DNA of 64,000 nucleotides, taken from contig JBFJCP010000022.1 in NCBI GenBank assembly GCA_041615815.1, positions 17,444-81,443 on the forward strand, written 5' to 3'. Positions 57,464 through 64,000 of the stretch are shown here, piece after piece (the first letter of the stretch is position 1; every line of letters begins with the position of its first letter). Position numbers and translations under genes: made by a program. The stretch is from Gemmatimonadales bacterium (lineage in GTDB: Bacteria; Gemmatimonadota; Gemmatimonadetes; Gemmatimonadales; GWC2-71-9). The notes under the pieces were generated by a model. That model had not been told where the DNA came from and made no database searches. It saw only the letters and a program-made list of their open reading frames with translations.

Positions 57464-57988
57464 TTAGTGCCCTCGACTCTCCAACGGAATCATGATGTGG
57501 GCATACGGTGTGTTGGGCCACATGATCCACGGCCCACCGTTCAGGTGGTCGGTGGAGATGCCTTCGAGCATGCGGGGATCGGGCACCAGCATCATCAAGT
57601 GGGCACCGAGATGGGTAACCCAGTCCTCCGGTCCGGTAGGCCCGGTTGCGTAGGGATCGCTGTTGCTGACCGGTGTGTCTCCCTGGAGCATGTAGGCAAA
57701 GCCGATCTCTTTGTACGTCGGCTTCGTCTTGTTGACGTACGCATGGAGGAAGTCGAGCCAGGCGCCCGTTACACACCACGGATCCGTCCCAGGGGTATCA
57801 GGCCGGTCCGGGAGGCATGTCCAGCCGTTAGTCCCGGCGCGGAGTTCCTTCATGTTCCAGTCGATGATTCTCGCGTCCGCCGAGACCGACGACGGCGCCG
57901 CGCTCATGGCGCTACGGATCTGATCTTGAGCCATGGCCACAGCCGGCACGAGCAGGCTCGCCATCAGCATTGCTGCTGTTCTCTGCAT
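57464..57988 (-). CDS. Secreted hypothetical protein
   Basis: GAGGAG RBS 9 nt before ATG 57988; signal peptide ending AMA-QD; SAMSAAP, GTNGWTCLPD, GFAYMLQGD, GPWIMWPNTPYAHIMIP. Confidence 0.8.
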   Translation of the reverse strand: MQRTAAMLMASLLVPAVAMAQDQIRSAMSAAPSSVSADARIIDWNMKELRAGTNGWTCLPDRPDTPGTDPWCVTGAWLDFLHAYVNKTKPTYKEIGFAYMLQGDTPVSNSDPYATGPTGPEDWVTHLGAHLMMLVPDPRMLEGISTDHLNGGPWIMWPNTPYAHIMIPLESRGH

Positions 57989-58471
57989 GGTGATCATCTC
58001 CTCGTTTGGAATCACTTGGATGATTGGCGCGCCGTCACAACGGCTGCGCTCACACGGCATTCAGGTATTGATGGATGTACATGACGGCCATCGATCCTTC
58101 GCTCGTGGCGTCCGTGGACGCCGCGCGCGGCGATCGAAGCATGGGAGGTGCCGGGTCGTAGCCGCCTCCGAAAGGAATAGCCGAAGGCGCCTCGACCCTT
58201 CCGGCTCGAGCCGATCGTGTGGGGTGCCAGGGGGCGCCTCTTCTTACGAAAGTCGCTCGTCGAGAACGCGGTGAGGCTCAACTGGCTGGTCACCGTGGCG
58301 GGTCAGTGAATACCCACACGGAGAAGATCCATTAGCCCCGCGCGGACGTCAAGCGCCTGAGCAGCAGATCACGCTCGCGCTTGGCCTTGGAGCCACCTCC
58401 CGGCGGTACCCGGGTATCTCGAGAAATCCGCGCCGCCCTCAGGATGGGCCCAGGCCGAGCACGACGGGGTT

Positions 58472-59404
58472 TCAGCCGTGCTTGATAAACGTGCCGTCCT
58501 GGAGATCGGCGTACGCCTGGCGCAACTCTTCCTTGGTGTTCATCACGATGGGACCGTACCAGGCTACGGGCTCCGCGATCGGCTTCCCCGAAACCAGCAG
58601 GAATCTGATGCCCGCCTCTCCCGCCTTGACGGTGACCTCGTCACCGCGGTCGAACAGGATGAGGGTCCGGTTCCCGGATTGATCGCGGGGGGCGTCAGCG
58701 GGCCCGCCGATTTGCTCGGTGCGAACGCTCAGCGGGTCAGAGGCGTCGCGGAACGTGCCCGTGCCTTCGAAGATGTAGGCGAAGGCGTGTCGTGACGTCT
58801 CGACCGGTAGCGTCTTGCGCCTACCCGGGGGAACCCATACGTCCAGATAGCGCGGGTCAGCCGCGATGCCGTCCACCGGACCGATCGCGCCCCAAAAATT
58901 CCCACAGATAATGCGAACTGTGGTACCGTCATCATCGATGATCTCGGGAATGTCATCGGATGAGACATCTTGGTACCTGGGTGCGGTCATCTTCAGGGCA
59001 GAGGGGAGGTTGGCCCACAGCTGGAATCCATGCATCCGACCTTCCGAATCGCCTTGTGGCATCTCCTGATGGATGATGCCACTGCCGGCCGTCATCCACT
59101 GCACATCGCCTGCTCCCAAGCTGCCACGATTTCCCAGGCTGTCCCCGTGATCGACCGTCCCGGTGAGCACGTACGTGATCGTCTCGATCCCACGATGCGG
59201 ATGCCATGGGAAACCCGCCAGATAGTCGGCGGGATTCTCGTTGCGGAAATCGTCGAACAAGAGGAACGGGTCGAACTCGTTGGTTGCACCAAAGCCAAAT
59301 GCGCGACGGAGCTGTACGCCCGCTCCCTCCGTGGTCGGAGTGGCTTCGATGACGCGCTTGATTGGTCGGATCGACACGGGAGTCCTCGGCGTCGAATTGC
59401 CCAT
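58472..59404 (-). CDS. Pirin-family bicupin protein
   Basis: DPFLLFD, GFPWHPHRGIETITY, GDVQWMTAGSGIIHQEMP, FQLWANLP, YGPIVMNT. Confidence 0.95.
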   Translation of the reverse strand: MGNSTPRTPVSIRPIKRVIEATPTTEGAGVQLRRAFGFGATNEFDPFLLFDDFRNENPADYLAGFPWHPHRGIETITYVLTGTVDHGDSLGNRGSLGAGDVQWMTAGSGIIHQEMPQGDSEGRMHGFQLWANLPSALKMTAPRYQDVSSDDIPEIIDDDGTTVRIICGNFWGAIGPVDGIAADPRYLDVWVPPGRRKTLPVETSRHAFAYIFEGTGTFRDASDPLSVRTEQIGGPADAPRDQSGNRTLILFDRGDEVTVKAGEAGIRFLLVSGKPIAEPVAWYGPIVMNTKEELRQAYADLQDGTFIKHG

Positions 59405-59498
59405 ATGCGAATGCGCGAAGCATGGCGGACCCTGGAAAGAGGATCCCCGGCGCTAACGGTCATCCGCGCTGCAAGTATAACCTAGCCGTGAAGCGCCG

Positions 59499-59873
59499 TC
59501 AGCACGTCGAATGAAACAGCCCGCCCACCGGCTGCCGCTCCCGAAGCGCGTTGTACTCCATGACCGCTTCCTTGGTTGACGCCACGTGGACCGGCACGCC
59601 CCGCTCCTCCAGCATCCGAAGAGTCTCAGGCTGCACCTGAAGTCGTTCCAACATGCCTTTGGACAGGACTATGACGGTTGCCCCGTGGTCGAGCAGCTCT
59701 TCCACGTCCGAGGGCTGAACGCCTGGTTCGTGCTGGGTCCCCGTCTCGCGCCAGTCCCACTCGCGGCCACCGCCCGGATAGAGCTTCGCGTCCTTGAACG
59801 TGCGGCCGTCGTCGGTTTGGAGAACGCCCCAAGCGATACGCGTAATCCGAGGTGAGTGAGGGGTAGGAGTCAT
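59499..59873 (-). CDS. Mth938-like (DUF498/AAMDC) domain protein
   Basis: FKDAKLYPGGGREWDWRETGT.H.PGVQP, VLSKGM..RLQV, terminal GGLFHSTC. Confidence 0.88.
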   Translation of the reverse strand: MTPTPHSPRITRIAWGVLQTDDGRTFKDAKLYPGGGREWDWRETGTQHEPGVQPSDVEELLDHGATVIVLSKGMLERLQVQPETLRMLEERGVPVHVASTKEAVMEYNALRERQPVGGLFHSTC

Positions 59874-59906
59874 TCGTCCATCCTTAGTGATCGACGCGCA
59901 TGCCCG

Positions 59907-61328
59907 TCAGCTACGATCATCCGCAGCAATCCCCCTGGTCGGACGATGATGCCACACCAGCTTCGGCAACGCCTCCGCCTGTTTCTCGCACATCAGATCG
60001 ATCAGATCCACCGCCGCTCGATAGGACACCGTAGTGGGATCCAGCAGCAACGCCTGGAGCAACGCGTCCCGCGACTGGTGCTCGAACGCTTCCACGAGCA
60101 ATCGGTGGATACTGATCTGAGTGCTGAGGAGCGCGGTCACCAGTTCCGGGAGTGGCTGCATCTGTCTCGCATGCACGCCGTCCGCGTCCACCGTAGCTGG
60201 GACCTCGACCACCGCATCGTTCGGCAGATTGGGGATGGCGCCCTGATTGAGAACATTGACGGCTGCCACCTCGTGTCGGCATCCACAGTAGAGCGCTTCG
60301 ATGATTGGCACCGTGACTTCACCGGATGACTCGAGCGGGGCAGCCGGGTCCAATAACTGCCGAGGGTTGGTATGCAATCGGTGTAAACGCTCCTCCGGGA
60401 ACAGCGGCACCTCGTGCGGCCGGTCTCTCAGGTTGTACACCCACGTGGGCATCTCGCCACCGTCCCACGGCCGGCCGTCGCGCGGATCGTGGAAGAACTG
60501 CATGGCCGCACTCGCGAGATACTCCTCGGCCCACCGCACGTACTCGCCGATGTGGTTGGTGCCGGGAGAGGGATAGAGACCCACGACGCGAAACAGTACC
60601 CGGGAGAGCGCGATCTCGTCCCATTGCGCGAGCCAGTGTGCCTGACGCTCGCGCTCTTTGAGCCGCGGGTAGAGATCGGCTCCGGAGGCGCGGTCCCGCA
60701 CCTCCTGGAACCAGGTGAAATGGTTGAGGCCACAGGCATAGGTCTCCAACTCGTCCGGTTTGCACGCGAGGAACTCTGCTATCTGGGCTATGCCATGGAA
60801 GACGCCGTGACAGAGTCCCACCACCTTGATAGACGAGAGTCGAGTCTGGGCCTCACAGAGCTTGGTCAGCGGGTTGGTGAAGTTGAGCAACCACGCGTTC
60901 GGGCAGTGCCGCTCCATGGCGCGGGCGATCTCGAGCGACGGGCCCATGTTACGCAAGGCGTGAAACAGCCCGCCCGGCCCGCCGTTTTCACCGTAGATCT
61001 GCCGGAAGCCCAACTGGCGGGGCAGGTGGAAGTCCTGCGCCCAGTAGAAATATCGGCCTCGTTCGATGGCCATCACCACCACCTGGGTGTCCTCTAGTGC
61101 GCGATCCAGCTCGCAGGTAGCTTCGATGGACACGGGCTTGCGGTGCCGCTTGATGGTCTCGCGAGCGTAGGAGGCCGTGGCGTTGAGCTCCCGCTCCGCT
61201 AGATCCATTAACGTGATGGTGGGCTCCTGATCGCAGATCCGCTCGCTCAGGAGAAGGTCCCGCACGGTGGCCGGGCCGAACTCCCGGCTTCCCGCTCCGA
61301 TAATTGTGATCTTCATCCGACTCGTCAT
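59907..61328 (-). CDS. GH4 NAD+-dependent glycosidase (alpha-galactosidase/MelA-like)
   Basis: KITIIGAGS..FG, GENGGPGGLFHALR, LLNFTNP, VGLCHG, GLNHFTW, NQGAIPNLP..AVVEVPA, ALLLDP. Confidence 0.92.
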   Translation of the reverse strand: MTSRMKITIIGAGSREFGPATVRDLLLSERICDQEPTITLMDLAERELNATASYARETIKRHRKPVSIEATCELDRALEDTQVVVMAIERGRYFYWAQDFHLPRQLGFRQIYGENGGPGGLFHALRNMGPSLEIARAMERHCPNAWLLNFTNPLTKLCEAQTRLSSIKVVGLCHGVFHGIAQIAEFLACKPDELETYACGLNHFTWFQEVRDRASGADLYPRLKERERQAHWLAQWDEIALSRVLFRVVGLYPSPGTNHIGEYVRWAEEYLASAAMQFFHDPRDGRPWDGGEMPTWVYNLRDRPHEVPLFPEERLHRLHTNPRQLLDPAAPLESSGEVTVPIIEALYCGCRHEVAAVNVLNQGAIPNLPNDAVVEVPATVDADGVHARQMQPLPELVTALLSTQISIHRLLVEAFEHQSRDALLQALLLDPTTVSYRAAVDLIDLMCEKQAEALPKLVWHHRPTRGIAADDRS

Positions 61329-61331
61329 TCC

Positions 61332-63134
61332 TTAGAATGTGCTGACATCTTCCGCCTCGCGATCCCTGGCAATCAATCGCAGGGCTGCCCACGCCCCCAC
61401 CATCGATAACAGGATCGCCACCGTTCCGGGACCCGGTCGGCCCGTCAGCAGATACCCGGCTCCGAGGAGGCTGCCGTACACAAACAGGATACCGAATCCA
61501 AATCCCAGCCACTTTGTTCGACCGTCACGCTGAACGATGACATCGGGACACGACGCCGCAACCGGACCCCACCAACCGCCCGGCTTCACCCGTCGATAGA
61601 ACGTCTGTAACACGCTCTGCTCCGTTGGCGCGGTGTTGAGCGTCACCACGAGCCAGACACCGGTGCATGCCAGGAGAATGATCGTGGCCCGAATGAAGTC
61701 GAATTCGCCGCCGTAGAAATGGCCGACGCCGGCCATGACGGAGTCTGAGACGAGGCCGAGGCGATGGAGGCCCCCGATCCAGAAGCCGCCATTAGCCAAC
61801 ACGAACGACCCCGTCATCGCGCTCACTTCCGCCCACGCGTTGACCCGCCACCAGTACCAACGCAACAGCCATACGACGGCCACCCCTGCCGTCAGCTGGA
61901 TGATGTAGATCCATGCCCGCTGGATCGACTCCATCTGCCATGCGGTGGCTGCAGCAACCAGCACGAGGACCACCACTGCCAGACGCGATGCAAGCACGTA
62001 GTGCCGTTCCGACCGGTTCCGTCGGACGAATCGACGGTATATGTCGTTGACCAGATAGGATGCGCCCCAGCAGAGATGCGTGTCCATCGTGCTCATGAAC
62101 GCGGCGAGGAACGTGGCGACCATCAATCCCCGTAGGCCGGACGGCATCATCTCGACGATCATCATCGGATAGGCAAGTTCCGGATCGGCAGCGAGCTGCG
62201 GGCCGGCGGTCGCCAAGGGCAGGACCAACAGCGATCCCAGGCCCACCACTACCCATGGCCACGTCACGAGCACCGTCCCCGCGAAGCTGAACCAGAACGA
62301 CGCCAGTAATGACTGCCGCTCGTTCTTGGTGGCAAAGAGGCGCTGCGCGATGTACCCGTCGTGGCCGCTCCGCATCCAGAGCAGAAAGATGAGACAAAGG
62401 AAGGACACGAACTCGAGCGAGCTGATGTGCGCGGCGTTGGGAACGAGATCGAGTGTGGCTAGGGGCGCATCGGGCAGCGCGCGAACCTGCGCGGCCAACG
62501 AGGCGGGACCGCCAAACCGTACCAGCACGATCCCCGCAAGGGTCAGCGATCCCAGCATGCCGGCCGTGAACTGGAGGATGTCGGTGACCACGACCCCCCA
62601 GAGGCCTGAGGCGATCGTATAGGTCAGTGCGAGCCCCACGCAGACAACCAATGTCAGTTCCGGTGACCAACCGAGCATCACGCGGGCGAACTTCACCATG
62701 GCGAGCATGACCCAGCCCATCACGACTGCGTTCCTGAGTATCCCGTTGTAGAGGGCTGAGAAGCCACGCAGCACGGCGGCTGGCCGACCCGAATAGCGTA
62801 GCTCGACGAACTCCGCGTCGGTCAGGATCTCCGCCCGGCGCCAGAGCTTGGCGTAGAAGAAGACGAGGAAAAGGATGCCGGCGGCCTCGTACCACCACAG
62901 CCAATTCCCGAAGATGCCTCGCGTACGTACGAGTCCGGCGGTGGCGAGTGGCGCGTCGGTGGCGAACCAGGTGGCAGCAATGGATGTTCCCGCCAGCCAC
63001 CAGGGGAGCGAGCGTCCGGCCACGAAGTACTCCTCGACACTCTGGCCCGCGCGGCGTGTGAACCAGAAGCCGAGGACGAGCGTGACGGCCCCGTAGATGG
63101 CAACGACCGTCCAATCGATAGAGGTGAGTTGCAT
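61332..63134 (-). CDS. Sodium:solute symporter 4 (same subfamily as symporter 3)
   Basis: YFVAGRSLPWW, AATWFATDAPL, LTDAEFVELRYSG, GYIAQRLF, STMDTHLCWGASY, LRWYWWRVNAW. Confidence 0.92.
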   Translation of the reverse strand: MQLTSIDWTVVAIYGAVTLVLGFWFTRRAGQSVEEYFVAGRSLPWWLAGTSIAATWFATDAPLATAGLVRTRGIFGNWLWWYEAAGILFLVFFYAKLWRRAEILTDAEFVELRYSGRPAAVLRGFSALYNGILRNAVVMGWVMLAMVKFARVMLGWSPELTLVVCVGLALTYTIASGLWGVVVTDILQFTAGMLGSLTLAGIVLVRFGGPASLAAQVRALPDAPLATLDLVPNAAHISSLEFVSFLCLIFLLWMRSGHDGYIAQRLFATKNERQSLLASFWFSFAGTVLVTWPWVVVGLGSLLVLPLATAGPQLAADPELAYPMMIVEMMPSGLRGLMVATFLAAFMSTMDTHLCWGASYLVNDIYRRFVRRNRSERHYVLASRLAVVVLVLVAAATAWQMESIQRAWIYIIQLTAGVAVVWLLRWYWWRVNAWAEVSAMTGSFVLANGGFWIGGLHRLGLVSDSVMAGVGHFYGGEFDFIRATIILLACTGVWLVVTLNTAPTEQSVLQTFYRRVKPGGWWGPVAASCPDVIVQRDGRTKWLGFGFGILFVYGSLLGAGYLLTGRPGPGTVAILLSMVGAWAALRLIARDREAEDVSTF

Positions 63135-63235
63135 CGGTCAGCGAGTTTCGAGTGAGTGCGCCGTGGGGTGGCTGGCGAATCGGGAAACCGTGCTCCGGAT
63201 CATGAATCGGTCAGCGTGCCGTGGCGCGCGTCGCC

Positions 63236-63751
63236 TCACAAGTACCGCGCCACGGCCATCGTTACGACGCTCAGGGCAAGCAGGCCCGCCACCCACCGAA
63301 GGCTCAGCGTGGCACGCCGGCGCAGCGGTTCGATCGCTTGGAGCTTGCCCTTGCGGTCTGGACCATCGGGCAGCTGCTGCGCTGCCTTGCTCAGAGCCAT
63401 CACCTTGAGCGAGCTGGCCCGCATCACGAAGACCCCTATGATGAAAGCCAGGATCGCGGCAACCGCGCCGATGGTGAGGGTCATGCCCTGCGTCGAGGTG
63501 ATCCATTCCAGCTGAAACCCTGCCGACACTCGGCGATAGAGCTCGATCCCGGCGAGCATGGTGATCAACGCCACGGCCGGCATGACGTTGAGATGGCCGC
63601 GCTTCACCAGCTGCGCCATGACCTGGCCCCCCGCCGGTCCCGCAGCGCTGACGCTGGGCCCGAGATAGAGGGCCGAGAAGATGATCGTGCCCGCCCAATA
63701 CACGCCGAGCACGATGTGCAGCAGTCGCAAGAGCACCATGACCGGGTCCAT
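63236..63751 (-). CDS. Four-helix hypothetical membrane protein (CopD/DUF2269-like)
   Basis: AAGGAG RBS before ATG 63751; LLRLLHIVLGVYWAG and four hydrophobic segments. Confidence 0.75.
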   Translation of the reverse strand: MDPVMVLLRLLHIVLGVYWAGTIIFSALYLGPSVSAAGPAGGQVMAQLVKRGHLNVMPAVALITMLAGIELYRRVSAGFQLEWITSTQGMTLTIGAVAAILAFIIGVFVMRASSLKVMALSKAAQQLPDGPDRKGKLQAIEPLRRRATLSLRWVAGLLALSVVTMAVARYL

Positions 63752-63962
63752 ACTGCGCTCCTTCGTGATGTGTCGTGGCGCGCCGGGGCACAGCGGTGCA
63801 GGACTCCCAGTTGCTTCAGGCCGGTGGCCACGGCAGAATGACCCCAACCTTCAGCGGGATCTAGTATTGATCAAGGGTCGGCCACAGTGAGCCGTCCGGG
63901 GCCTCTCTTGCGCCTTCCCGATTAGGAGGCCAATACACCGTATCGAGCAGCCCGGAGGTAGG

Positions 63963-64000
63963 ATGGAGACGTCAGATCCCGCAGGGGTGGCGGCCCCCTC
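63963..64000 (+). CDS. Possible start of a CDS truncated by the window end
   Basis: GGAGGT just upstream of ATG 63963; open frame METSDPAGVAAP to the end. Too short to assess. Confidence 0.25.
   Translation, partial: METSDPAGVAAP

Noticed and set aside
1..64000. tRNA, rRNA, IS elements, integrases or prophage genes
   Set aside because: No transposase, recombinase or phage motifs, no cloverleaf or rRNA signature, and no obvious compositional break seen by eye.

Overview
A GC-rich bacterial window almost entirely filled by a large carbohydrate/glycoside-utilisation island. SusC/SusD, a plug-only TonB lipoprotein and an ADOP-type ABC permease suggest Gemmatimonadota or a similar phylum; this is inference only. 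The window contains: (i) a complete-looking oxidative '3-ketoglycoside' (Gul / BT2156-2160 / LacAC-type) enzyme set, made up of two GMC flavoprotein + Tat small-subunit pairs, two Gfo/Idh/MocA oxidoreductases, a DUF1080 protein, two Tat TIM-barrel isomerase/lyase-like proteins and an MFS permease; (ii) a SusC/SusD pair with GH97, two GH13, GH3 and GH4 glycosidases, a PfkB kinase and four sodium:solute symporters; (iii) four FG-GAP/VCBS + ASPIC/UnbV proteins, two of them translationally linked to an UnbU/RnfD-like membrane protein, with no enediyne PKS or Rnf genes nearby; (iv) a PQQ-type sugar dehydrogenase next to a 7-heme cytochrome c/TPR lipoprotein; and (v) an unclassified six-hairpin glycosidase-like protein. 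The best candidate for an undescribed system is the ASPIC/UnbV-UnbU-like surface module plus the multiheme cytochrome, embedded in redox-based glycoside catabolism. Smaller observations: a Tat protein whose signal peptide lies upstream of any canonical start codon (probable ACG start), a structured susC leader, and no transcription regulator anywhere in the window. No rRNA, tRNA, CRISPR array or mobile element was recognised. All family assignments come from motif recognition by eye, not database searches.
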